A stretch of 64,000 bases of DNA from Marsupella aquatica (lineage: Eukaryota > Plantae > Marchantiophyta). The stretch is from contig OZ316894.1 in assembly GCA_973895155.1 (NCBI GenBank), forward strand, positions 25,480,709 to 25,544,708. Reading direction: 5' to 3'. The notes beneath the pieces were generated by a model, which saw only the letters and a program-made list of their open reading frames with translations, did no database searches and had not been told where the DNA came from. The position numbers were made by a program, and so were the translations under genes. This document shows, one piece after another, positions 51,066-63,023 of this stretch (its first letter is position 1; the number at the start of each line of letters is the position of its first letter).

Positions 51066-54013
51066 TCAACGAGACTTGTCATTTCGTTGTCTCTTCCGTG
51101 CCAAATGCTTTTTCTCCCTAGCAGCAGCCACTGTATCTCCCTTCGATTTCCAATCGTCAGCAGCGGCTTTCCCCGGCTGGAAGGTTGGCATGGGTTCTGC
51201 TATCGCATACGTTGTCATCCAGCTGATCAACCTTTGGCTTGCTTTCAGGGGATGCCCACGGAGATCTGGACTATGAATCCTCTTGCCCGCTTCTATGTCG
51301 TCTATGAGCCGTGTTACTTCGTTTAGCAAAGTCATCAAAGGTTTCCTTTTCCTGACGCAGTTCAGATAAGTTTTTGACAGAAATGCTGGACCTTGAGTCT
51401 CTTCTGCATGACTACACAGATCCTGTTGCATCCTGCTCGGAAGGCCACGCTTAAGCAAGTTCTGTTAGAAATGACTTACATCTTTCTTTCTAGAAGTGAT
51501 CACAGAAATTCACCGCGGTGGACCACCGCTACAATGCTCGGAAATGTCTCGGCAACATTTCTTCCTCGAATTCCTGCAGAAAACTCTTTCCACGTCCAAC
51601 TTTTGATAAACAGTGCTGCATAGAATTCGCTGCACAGCGTTTAGGAGACAAGCGACTTCTACCAGACAACTGAGACCCAAAAGCTGTGGGTTTCACCCCA
51701 TTGCATTTTTCAGTCTAGGATGCTATCAATTGAATAACAATCAGAATCGTACCCCATTGCATTTTTCAGTCTAGGATGCTATCAATTGAATAACAATCAG
51801 AATCGTGGGCTGATTGCTTAGACTTGAAAGTTCGTTGTGGTAAACTGACGTCATCGTAAGTGTTTACCAATTGCGGAGGTATCAGGAACATTCTGTCAGT
51901 AGTCAAGATAAGAAGCTTCTGGATGAAGGGTGCATAAATTGATTTAAGACCCCACAGCATGACTTGGTCAAGCTATGTTAGGAAGAACATTTCTCGATGC
52001 ACCCTATAAGTTCTTACTCGTATTTGCAAAGTGTTGGATGAAGCGCCAACTGAACAAAGGAAACAGGGCAAAGGAAACAGGAAGTTCTGTCGCAAAACGG
52101 CAGTGAGAGAGTAACTTATGAGCTTGTTCACGAAGCTCTCGCAAGCGTTCTTCCTCCTTCTACTTGACCATCTCTAGCAGTTTTTCTTACATGCGCCTGT
52201 CACGAGTCTATCCATATCTCCGTACAAATGATCTTCCTTCTCACGCTCTTTTGCGACGTTCGTAGACCATATTGTGCTCAACTTGCCGCACTTGGTCGAT
52301 CAGCATTTTTACGTACTTAGGCTGCAAGGAGACGACCATACACGGACAGATGTTACACATCAGAGACAGAGAGGAGAGAACTAAAGGCTCTTCAAGTGGA
52401 CAGCAAACATCATAACTCATGAGGATCGTACCATCAACAGGAGACCACCCTCAAAGCTGGAATAGAAGTGATTTCACACAAGCTGCACAAATGAATCGTA
52501 GCTATTGGATACTGGTGTTAAAACATACATTGAGGAATACCCACACAATCACCAAGTGCTCAGAAAATGCATTCCACACAGCAGGTTTCCTGCTCATAGA
52601 GGTCCACACTTCATCGCAATTTTTGAGCTACGCAGCATCTAAAATGGAGAAATTTGTCATTTTAAATCAAACATCTCCAAGAGAGGGTAGCATAACCACC
52701 GCAGTACGGGATTTCTTTCAGTTGACAAAATGCACCTCTCTTTTTGCTCGATCCTCGCGAAAGGGCTGCGCTTTCTAGCCCTTCATTGATCGTAAACTCG
52801 ATCATAATCACATGCACTTGCATCCTGTTCTAGCGACTGTTTGAATCGGACATCTGTTCCAATCCAATCCTTCTGAATCAGAACGTGTTCAATGCGTTGC
52901 GAGAAGGACAGAACGTAATGGCTCAAAAATTAGGACATCAATTACAAATCACTATCATCGTCAATGCTTACAACATCTAGTTGAGTTAGATTTTGTCAAA
53001 TGTCACTGCATTTAGGAAAGCTTAGAGAACATACTATGTCATAGTATCAGACAACTTGGAATGAGATTATCAGCAAGACCGATAGAGACAGTGAATCAGG
53101 CTCAATCAGCAAGGTCTCCATACAAAGGACGACTTAGGGCATCGACTGTGGCTACGTTCTGACTTAGTACACGTTCATATCGATGAGTACGTCAGAATCG
53201 TATAGATTCAGCGATCTAAGAGACACTAGATCCTCTGGCAGAACTCTTAAATACTTCACTAACATGAAAAGTAACTCAATAGGTGTATGGCAATACACTA
53301 GTCAACAACAATGCAGAACGTAGTACAGCAAAATAAACAGTTTTCCTTTGAGATTGTGAATTAGCGTTTTAGAAGATAATACAACTACATAGAATATGTG
53401 TGGAACGAGTTGGGGTTTCCTTCTGAATGACTATTACATACTGCATGGCTTATCGAACATGGACTTTCCAGTGGAGCGAAAATTAGGGTTTATCGTCTGA
53501 TCTTGAATAAACATAACAGGAGAGTAGATACGTTGAAGAGCGCGTCGAACAACAGTCACCCAATTCGGCTGTTAATTGAAGTTTCTATCTATGAATTTTT
53601 TTCCGACAGGGACGCCAACAGGTGCAGGCCTTGTGACAACGCCCACACGCTGTAGGATCCAAATTTTTTCTTACCAACATGGTCTGCAAGATTATCGCCC
53701 CTTAGAAAATAACCACATCAGACCGGCAACAAGTACGAAGAAACAATGGTTTCGCTGGACTTCAGAAACAGAATTGTCAGTTTTGAGAGACATACAGCAT
53801 TTCACTACACCAAACAGAGTATACATACCTCATGTGCAGATTTCTTCTTCGAGGCCTGTCGCGCAATATGATCCTCAACAGAGTACTCCTCGTCACGTCA
53901 AGCGACAACGGAGCCGGTTTGTTTAGCTGTGGCGCCTTACCTGCTGGTGCTGAGATCTTCAACTGCAGTCCGTACTTTGACCCTCCGATTGGTTTCTGCT
54001 TGGTCCACTCCAT
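51066..54013 (-). pseudogene. NSRP1: Unprocessed pseudogene of nuclear speckle splicing regulatory protein 1 (NSRP1/CCDC55, DUF2040). Exon remnants at about 54013-53829, 52870-52736, 52321-52116 and 51490-51066
   Basis: Colinear family motifs across frames: KYGLQL; DEEYSVEDHIARQASKKKS; LEQDASACDYDRVYD; PKYVKML..HNMVYERR; KEREKEDHLYGDMDRLVTGA.KK; KEEERLRELRE; KKDVSHF*QNLLK; AAAREKKHLARKRQ. Multiple frameshifts and in-frame stops. Splice sites partly retained. Confidence 0.85.
51695..51806 (+). repeat. 56-bp exact tandem duplication inside the pseudogene intron
   Basis: ACCCCATTGCATTTTTCAGTCTAGGATGCTATCAATTGAATAACAATCAGAATCGT occurs twice. Confidence 0.9.
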
Positions 54014-55480
54014 CTCTGCGCCTGTTAAATGTTGCTCTAATTGGAGTCTACAATTCAAAATGTGTTCATCCTCCGCACTCCATCCGTATCTGCCATTATG
54101 TGGCCAAATCGAAGACAAGCAACAGTCGGCCTCTCCGCGATTGAGCAGTGCAATCTTAGGGCTGACGACCTATGTCCACCATCCCTCTGTCCTAAAAGCA
54201 ATCTTCCTAAATTTTGCTTTCCCCCTTCACTTCAATCTGCGATCAATCGCTCAAATCATCGGCACCATCCAATGAGGTAAAAGACCAAGTACTCGATTGC
54301 GCATAAATTTTGCCACGACTTTCAATTTACACCACTGTCGGCAGATTCTCGATACACGAATTTACTCGATGGATGCAGTGACTGTGGAGCATATTAGCCT
54401 TTCAAGGTATCGCATCTCTTCTCCGTGAATCACATCCAAGACTTGAAGCTTCTATCAGAGAAGGAGGGGGAGCCCCTTGCCTGGATGTCAGTAAAGCTAA
54501 ACTGTGCTGAGCTGAGTTTGACACAGGAGGGCACTTCCCATGGGAGATGAGGAATGGAAAATTTAGTCGGTCCTCACTGCAAGGTGCAGGAAAATAAATG
54601 AAATGTGAGCATGAAGTCCAACATTATAATCAAAGTGTGGAGAAGGCGATCTCGATTGCAACTGACAAGTCCACACAGGTATCAGCGCAGAGGGGTGGGC
54701 ATAAGTATAGCTCTTGAACAGATGCTTCCATAATGGTTGGTTTACGGCAGTTGACAGTCTTTGACCGCACATATTCTATAAGGAATTGTTCTCTCTGCCT
54801 TGAAGAATCCCTTTTTAATTAGCATTGAGACGAACATTTAAACGTTCGGACTTCAACCGGGGGAACTGAACATGGGGGCCGAGTCATGGTTCATTTGTAG
54901 TACATGTCCACTACCATAAACTCCATGTCATTACATCTTCCTCGCAGGTAGAAACGGCATCGCAAACATTTTAAACTGGTGGATGTACACACATAAACCT
55001 AAAAGTGACACCCAAGAGACAAGAATGTCGTCTTGGGCTAAACGTTAGTGGGTATTTGGAAAAACATCTAACCCAGAATTAATAATCACAGGAACAACTC
55101 CGGTGAATGAAACTGTGTTGGAGTTCATCAATTTAGTGAGTTCCCTGTCCTGCTGGGTTTTTGAAAGCGTCATTGTGGTCATATTATATAGGCAACTTTC
55201 ATAGTTGCATAGGATCTGGCCAAATGACAAAGACGCCATTCCCAGAACAACACCCTTGCTGCTGCAAATGCAAATTTCGTACAAAAGAAGAACTCAATGT
55301 TTCAGCGAAAACAATGTCTGTTCTTCTAAGTTCTTTTAATCAAACGGCAATATCTTTAAGAAGCAATCAGTCATACGAAAGATACTTGTCTACTGCTTTG
55401 ATGCTTCAAACTCGTTCTCCGAGGGATTTACTTCCTAGTTCAAGAGAGCAAAAATTCTGGTGAAGTTCATGATGTCGTCA

Positions 55481-57545
55481 TTATCTAAATAGTGGTGCTC
55501 TCCCTCGAGATGGTACTTTGCCTTCTAGCTTCAGTCTTCGATATGCTTCCCTTATATGGCATGGCCTGATTGGGCCCACGTCATTTCTCTCTGTCATCAC
55601 AATTCTCCCTGAAATTTACACGTAGAGGTTAGTCGCTTAACAGAACTCTCAGGGGGTAACATAGGACGAAAAATTTCAGACGTCTACAATAAGCTAGTTG
55701 TACTTGAGCGAGTCTATAGCAAGCCAGAGTTCCAATTTCAGTATACGCAACCAAGGATGGATAACCTACCAATTTCCACAAGCTCGCCCACAAACATTTT
55801 GGAAATTCCAGACATCACAATTGTCATTGGAATGGAAATAGGACAGCCAGCCACACTTGCAAGCAGCTGCAGCATGGACGAAAAGTATCGCAGTTAGCAT
55901 TGAAAGAAAACAAGAAAACCAAAGCAATTAAATATGAAGTATCTACACGACAAGTATCTCGTGCGTTCTTTGCATGATAGCAAGGAGAAACAGGTTGACA
56001 AAGTCTCTGAGAAAATCAGCTCGGAAGCCACTGAAGTAACGCCTGATTACACTGGTGAAGGTCATTAAAATGCAAAAGGAGAACGGAGTTTACAGTGAAG
56101 ACCCGCATGGACATCCTCCGAAAGGACTATATATGGGCATCAGTGGAAGAAAAAGAGTCGAAAGCAGGATAAGCTAAACGATGTCATGTGAGGAGAAAGT
56201 ATACCCTTCTCATGTTTGCTCGTTGAAAACCTGAACGGCGATAGCACTCATAACGGCTCATTTGCTCTGGTGTAAAACAGTTTAAAACTTGCCTGTAAAA
56301 ACCCCACCACGGAACCCATTCGTAAGAGCACGTACCGGTTAACTTTCATATTAGTGAATGAAGCAATTTAGGCATGACTCTGCGCATATAGAGTATTAAT
56401 TCCCAAGAAGTTGAAGCTTGCACGATAAACCAATCGTGATTGCCATTCCGACATACGGTAGGACATCTTGAAATAAATATAGATGCTTATATCAAGCAGA
56501 AGTATCCAGCTTGGTATAATATGTACGAAGCGTGGAATGAGATACGTTAAATGTCCCTCTGTGATCTGTATAACAACTCCATTTTCCAACATCCAAGCAT
56601 TCAAAAACAAAGTAACAAAGACGGGTTTTGCAGTCAGGACACCGACAAATATTGACAGCCTGAGAATCTGCAGTATGAACTTGCAGAAATCCACAATTTG
56701 TGACTCAGACAGCTCAAGATCTTCTTCAAAGTATCTCATTATTAAAACTCCTTATGATTAACATCCTCGCGGTGGCAGCTAGGATGAAGACGCACACACA
56801 AATTCCTCAAAAGATCTCAGCGCAAGGAATTCCATCGATATTGACATATTACGGTTTGTGGGCTATGTGAACTGCCAGGCACAAAACCGTCCAACTAGAC
56901 CGATAAAAGACCCAATTATACAAATCGCACTTGTCAACCGAGCACGAACCCTACACCATCGATGTGGACTCCCGAGTGTTTCACGAAAGGTGGAAAACAA
57001 TGACTGAAACATGAGATAAAGGCACTTACTACATCCTGTCTGGATCGACGGTATTATACTTCCAGGTGGAAAACAAGGACTGAAACATGAGATAAAGGCA
57101 CTTACTGCATCCTGTCTGGATCGACGGTATTATACTTCCCGAGCTCCAAATTCTCCATCCTCTCCTCTTCTTCGTCATCTTCTTCCTGAGCACCGCCACT
57201 TTTATCACCTCCTCCTCCTCCCCTACCCTTGCCCTCCCCCTCATCGTCACTGCCCGGCGGGCTCGATATGGGGAGTTTCGGTCCAGGACCCCCCTTCTTG
57301 GCGGTCCCCATCGCATTCTTCCCTTTCCCTGCCGCCGACCCAGCATGCTCCTGAGACGATTTCTCTGTCGTCATCGCCACATTCTCTGATGCTGTAGGGG
57401 ACGTGTTGTTATCCTGAGACATCGGGGAATGCGGGGCAGATAATCCACCGGCATCGTTAACTCCTTCGCCTGCGGACTTTGCCACTTTGCGAGCCCCTTC
57501 TCCCTCGCTGCAATCTAGCCCCGCTCCCGACGCAGAGCGCTTCAT
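55481..57545 (-). CDS. TAF11: Transcription initiation factor TFIID subunit 11. Exons 57545-57106, 56292-56205, 55866-55770, 55608-55481
   Basis: Acidic low-complexity N-terminus, then the histone-fold TAFII28 domain FTPEQMSRYECYRRSGFQRANMRRLL..V....IVMSGISKMFVGELVEIGRIVMTERNDVGPIRPCHIREAYRRLKLEGKVP. GT..AG introns keep frame. Confidence 0.95.
56988..57139. repeat. 76-bp tandem duplication of the TAF11 exon 1 / intron 1 junction
   Basis: AGGTGGAAAACAA.GACTGAAACATGAGATAAAGGCACTTACT.CATCCTGTCTGGATCGACGGTATTATACTTCC occurs twice with 2 mismatches. Confidence 0.92.
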
Positions 57546-58168
57546 CTCGTAGTAGTTCTAACACCGTCTCAGCCTGTTCCTCCGAAATTAATTCCGCTCC
57601 TTCTACCTCTCCTTGTACATTTTACCTCTCATCGCCCTGTATTATTACTACCTCCCGCTCGCTTTGTTCCTTTCCTACGACAACTCATCACAGTTTCGAA
57701 GACTTAAGATTCATCTACTCCCACTGTTCCATCAGTCGAGGAATCCTTCCAGTTTGACTCAGGAGCTATTTAATTTTCGTAACATCTACAGTAGCTCAAT
57801 CTTCTTCGGGCTGCCTGCGGCAATGATTACTCGCATGTTTGTTCCCATTGGCATGACGCCTCTGTGAAGCAGTCCCATAGTGGACTCATCGGTCGGGTCA
57901 GTGTGGCCACCGCCAATGCCGTGCGCGTTCTCAAAGCAGCAGAGTACAGATCGTCGTCTCAACTTTGCTGCTGCAGTTTTCCAATTTCAGCTCATCGTCA
58001 ACGCAAGTGAATTTCTTGTTCAACTCATGTTTCATGTTTACGATGCAAATCCTCGGTGGGGTTCTGGTCTGGGTTTCTAGCCTGTGGGCTCTAAACCCTG
58101 TGACCATAAAGTGAAATGAACCTGACCAGCCCGAGTCAGAAACTTTCCCGAGCTCGGTTAGCCTAGAC

Positions 58169-58388
58169 GACCTGCCCACACCTCCTATTAGGGCGTCTCA
58201 ACTGGCAATTTGATGACCTGCCCACACCTCCTATTAGGGCGTCTCAACTGGCAATTTGATGACCTGCCCACACCTCCAATTAGTGGGGTCTCAAGGGCAA
58301 TTTGATGACCTGCCCACACCTCCAATTAGGGGGTCTCGAGGTTGGCAATTTGCTCCTATTAGTGGGTCTCAAGGGTGGCAATTTGATT
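58169..58388 (+). repeat. 46-bp minisatellite (~4.5 units) upstream of TAF11
   Basis: GACCTGCCCACACCTCC.ATTAG.G.GTCTCAA..GGCAATTTGAT at 58169, 58215, 58261 and 58307. Confidence 0.9.
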
Positions 58389-58414
58389 TGATGTACAATA
58401 AGTCCCTAGTTATG

Positions 58415-58540
58415 GGTTATAGACACAAAAATCTATGGACTACAAAATTCATAGTCCATAATTTTTTGCCCTAAGGATTGGTGTTATGCCATAACCATTA
58501 GTCACTATGGAGGCTGGTGAAAGAAAAATAGAAAAAACCT
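58415..58540 (+). repeat. Dispersed ~120-bp repeat family (other copies at about 62176-62295 and, more diverged, 48560-48675)
   Basis: Shared GACA.AAAAA..TATG.ACTAC.AAATTCATAGTCCATAA.TTTTTG...GGCT.GTGAAA motif. Confidence 0.6.
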
Positions 58541-58700
58541 TTTACAGAGTCTTGTGAAAAAGGTTATGATCTATTCTTTATAACTAAATGTCATTATTCA
58601 TAATTTCCAAGCTTTGAGAAGCCCTATTAGGGACTCTCGATCCCTTTCTTTTTGCCGGTGGCAATAAGGGTGTTTTCCAGGGAAAAAACTGGCAGATATG

Positions 58701-59071
58701 AATATGCTTGTAGACAGACTCCTGACTGCACACCAAAACTGCTACTTTGGGGACAGGTTTCTTTTGCGGAGCTGAAGCATTGCGCCACCCTAGTTGTAGT
58801 ATGTAATTGATGTCCAAAAAAAGGTTCCAGGCAAGAGATTATGGAAATAGTAGGTATCTCCAAGAATTGGTGCAAAGGGTGTTTCCCCCCAAAAAAGGAC
58901 ATGAATATGCTTCTCCACACAATCCTGACCGCAGACCTAAACTGCTACTTTTGGGACAGGCGTTATTTTAGCGGACCTGAAGGATTGCAATGCCCTAGTT
59001 ATAGTAGGTAATTGTTGTCTGAAAAAAGGTTCTGGGAAAGAGATGACCAGAATAGGAGGTATCTCCAAGAA
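58701..59071 (+). repeat. ~200-bp diverged tandem duplication
   Basis: GAATATGCTT...AAACTGCTACTTT.GGGACAGG...GGTATCTCCAAGAAT at about 58701 and 58903. Confidence 0.8.
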
Positions 59072-59812
59072 TAGTTACATATTGTAACCTATATTTTGTA
59101 CATAAATTACTTCCAGACATATATAGTGGAAACGGGCAAGGTTCTCCCAGACTCGGCCCTAAAACTAGAGGATCTCACGTCCACCTCGTAGCCAGGTCAC
59201 CCTTTCCAATGAGTTGCAGGCACACATTGAAGGCAGAGTTCTCTTAGGGTTACTTCCAGACTTTAAAAAACATTCGGAGGGTAAATTTTTGCGCATTATT
59301 TGGCTACCAGGTGAAGTGGCTTGCTATTGATACAAACAGATTTTAGAAAGTTATTGTGATTATTGGCCTAATTCTAGATCTGATCCTATATGGAACTGAC
59401 AGTTATTATTCAACAGTACAACTTTTTGCTAAGCCAAGACTTCTTAGCACACCATAAGTGCTACCTGCCAAATATACAAAAGGGAAACCCTTGGACCCAA
59501 TCGGGGACCCAATATTTTGTTTTTTTCCTATATATAGCATAATGATATAGATATAGATGTAAACCCTAAACAGTGGGCCCGAGGAAATGCCCCAAGTGCT
59601 CATGCTGAATATGTCAACCTTGAATTTGTGAGAAATGATGCTCTACTATATTGTGGCAGTGACTTTAAGTGAGACTTTAAGAAAATCTGATGATAGAAAA
59701 AATCCAAGGGCTTGGACTTTTTGCCTCTTTGGCCGAATTCCCCTTGTTTTCTTCCCTTGATTGGGTCTCCTGTTTATCTTTCATCTGTGTAACTGAATAT
59801 ACATGAGCCTAA

Positions 59813-60158
59813 TGTTAGGATTTACTCTTAGGTCTAGAGTTACGACTGCACCGTAGTTAAGGCTAACCTTAGTTGCAGACTTGGTTAGGTTAGTCATGTT
59901 GTGCACACTCTATAACCAAGCGGTGTTTGCTTGGAGAGTGGGAACTTAGGCTCATTGTTACGGAGCTAGTTGAGATATAGGGAGAGCTTGTGCTATGGAA
60001 GCTTGGTATGGCCGGTCGACCTAGAGTGCAGTAAAGCTCTGTGTGTTCCCGTGGACGTAGCCTCATGTGGAGGTGAACCACATATCTCTCTGTTGTTTGA
60101 CTCTTGTGCGTTGGATGGTTCATGGGCTTGCCGTTGCGATTGTCGTCTATGCTCAACA
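59813..60158 (+). mobile_element. Copia-type solo LTR (346 bp)
   Basis: TGTT...AACA termini; perfect TSD CCTAA (59808-12, 60159-63); GTGGACGTAGCC...GTGAACCAC motif. Confidence 0.93.
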
Positions 60159-60852
60159 CCTAAATGCCCATTCTTTGAATGTTAATAGAAATGATAACAA
60201 ACAGCATCATTTTGAAATACATAATATCACATGGTTCTTTCCATCCCCATAAATTTTGGTGGTGCCCTAGCGTCGCGGTTTAAAGGCTTCACTTTGGAAG
60301 CCTAGACCCTTACTCCGGGCCTTACTCTAGCTTCTCATCTCAATTTATTACTAAGATTGGACATGCAATTGGACAGTCTCATATTTTTCTAGTTTTGTAT
60401 ATGAAAAAGTGGATGGCATTATTTTTCTTGGAGGTTTAAGACTTGGCCGGGGGTAAAGGATGGACAATTTCAACTATGTGCGTGCATTGGAAATGCCACA
60501 CACAGCCAAATGGGGTGTATTTAGATGATCTGGCATACATACTAGAATAAAGCATCCCTTTCAAAGTGTTTGGTGCACTTGAGGAAACATCCCATCCTAG
60601 CTTCTTGGAGCATTTTCACAGCAAGTAATCAAACAAATCCCATCAGCGTTTTTATTTATAAAATCACAAGCCCAATGCCTTTGCATGACAAAGACAATGT
60701 CAAGGTGAGACAATGAAATAGTTAAAGCATCGTTTGTTTTATTGAAGCAAGGCAAGGAAAACATTGAGACACAAAGTGTTGTCAAGGCAAAGAAGTCATT
60801 CAGGAAAGGACATGTCACCAAGGCAAGGAATCTTAGAGGGCGTTGTCTATGA

Positions 60853-61217
60853 TGTTAGGGTTAACTATGAAGTCTTGGCTAGCCTCCCTTAGTTGAATCG
60901 GGATGAGGGACAAAAGGAGGATTAGACACTACTAGTGCCCGTACTAGTGTGCCTAGCATATATCCCGGCATATATGGGAGCAAGGAAGTGCTCCTCATTT
61001 TGACTCATGCTCGTATTTGGAGGAGCAAGCTAGGTGTTACGCTAGTATTCTTAGAGCTTCTACAAAGAGACTTGGTATGGCTATGGTGGCCAAAGCTTAG
61101 TAAGCTCTTGTATTCCCATGGACATAGCCTTGGACAAGGTGAGTCACGTATCTCTCCTGTTGGTGTATGTGCTTGCTGGTTTCTCTCATGCGTGTGTGTT
61201 ACCAGGTTTTCTCAACA
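60853..61217 (+). mobile_element. Solo LTR of a related family, followed by an LTR fragment (about 61225-61420)
   Basis: TGTT...AACA termini with near-identical flanks TATGA / GATGA. The downstream fragment aligns with the 3' half of 59813-60158. Confidence 0.7.
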
Positions 61218-63023
61218 GATGACAATGTTGATGCAAAAGTGTTACCCAAGCAATATTGCTTGTGGAGGAGTAAGTCAAACTCATTGTTACAGAGTCACTT
61301 GAGAGATTGAGAGAGCTTGTGTTGCAAAGACTTGGTATGCCGACGAGTCTAGAGTGCAGTAAATTTTGTGTGTGTTCCTGTGGATGTAACCTCATCAAAG
61401 GCAAACCACATATCTCCCCGTGCCAATAACTTGTTTGCTGAATGTTCACGTGCATGCAATTGTGAGTGTTATTTTTGTTGAACACATATTTACTTCCATA
61501 ATTCATTTCATAGCCAGATGATGGAGAAAGGGTGTGATTGGATATTGCTTTGTTTAGGACAAGATGATGAAGGGTGACTCCCACCTGCAATGGGAGGTAG
61601 TGCAGTTTCTCTCATAAATGTTCTGACACAGTAATGTATATGAACCATTGGACTTTCTGAGATTGAAGTAGAACTGTCAGACCCGGTGTTCAGCATCTTG
61701 AGTCACATAAAATTTTGGGAAATGTACTCTAAAAATCTGGCGTTAATTCCTTTGTACTGGTTGCTAGCAAAATTCAGGTAGGGGATTAATTCCTTTGTAC
61801 TGGTTGCCAGAAAAAAACAGGCAGGGGTTTGGCCGGAATTGGCAAAAAGGCAGAATGGCATCCCTACCATGATAGTCTACAAGGATGGTTAGGGTATACT
61901 CAATGTACTTCACTACTTTTCCCTTTGTATTTTCCAGATCATTTATGGCGAGGAATGCAGGGTCAAAATGGGATCAGGCCATGCTGAAAATTCTGTTATA
62001 CTTTTAATAAAGCTAGTAAAAATCAAAATCTCGTAGGGCTTTGAGTGTATTATTGAGTGTATTGGGGCACTGTGGCACACATTGCACTTTACTTTACTCT
62101 ATATACAAAAAGTTATTTTTGGACCAAGTGGACTACTGGAGTATTATTGGCCACAAACTTCAAATTTGATGGAGTAGTTAGGGACAGAAAAAAATTATGA
62201 ACTACCAAATTCATAGTCCATAACTTTTTGTTATAAAAATTGGTCATATTCCATTGGTCATGGTTACCTCACAGGCTAGTGAAAAAACAAAACAAAAAAG
62301 TCTCTAAACTAACCAAATTAGAAGCGCAAAAAAGTCTCTAAACTAACCAAATTAGAAGCGATGGTCATTTGTTCATGACAGAAAGCCACCATCTGGAGCC
62401 ATGTGGAGCTTTGAAGCTTTGGGAACCCCTATTAAATTGTCCTCTTTGACTTCTTGGGCCTCTTTGGTCTTGTTGGGGTCTTTTCCTTCACCCCTTTATT
62501 GTGTTTTTTGGCCTTTTAGGACAATGTCTTCTGTGTGGCGTTCCTGTCTTTTTGGCGTTGTTTAATATATATATTAAATTGTTAAATTGGGTAAATTGGG
62601 ACAGAGTGAACTATCAGATAACCTTGCTCTACATCCTGTACTGTAGATCATTTCGACGGTCTAATAACGTACACCCACCGTGCGCCGGCCGCTATGCTGG
62701 TCCAGTCTTCGCCTTTCTCTCAAGTTCTGGAGTTCGTTCATATCTTCCTTCTCAAACAAGTGAAACAACACCAGATGTCTCGTACTTTACTGTCACATTC
62801 ATTGCATCAGTCTCACATGTTCTCAGTCTGGTCTCGTGTTTCTCCACCGGTCAAGATGGAGCCGTTCCCTTCCTTCAGGACAACTCTGTAGTCGTGGTAT
62901 AGAGTCTCCCACGAGGTCCCGTCCGTATGCAATGAAGTGAACGACGAGTGTTGGAAACAGATTCAGCAGCCTCTGAGTGAGGCCGGTTCTCACATGTCCT
63001 AGGCGAGCTTTCATTCGAAGGCC

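Noticed and set aside
51066-54013. NSRP1 rescued by RNA editing or stop-codon readthrough
   Set aside because: Several frameshifting indels accompany the stops; base editing cannot restore the frame.
58169-58388. CRISPR-like array
   Set aside because: The 46-bp units are contiguous with no unique spacers, there are no cas genes, and the context is eukaryotic.
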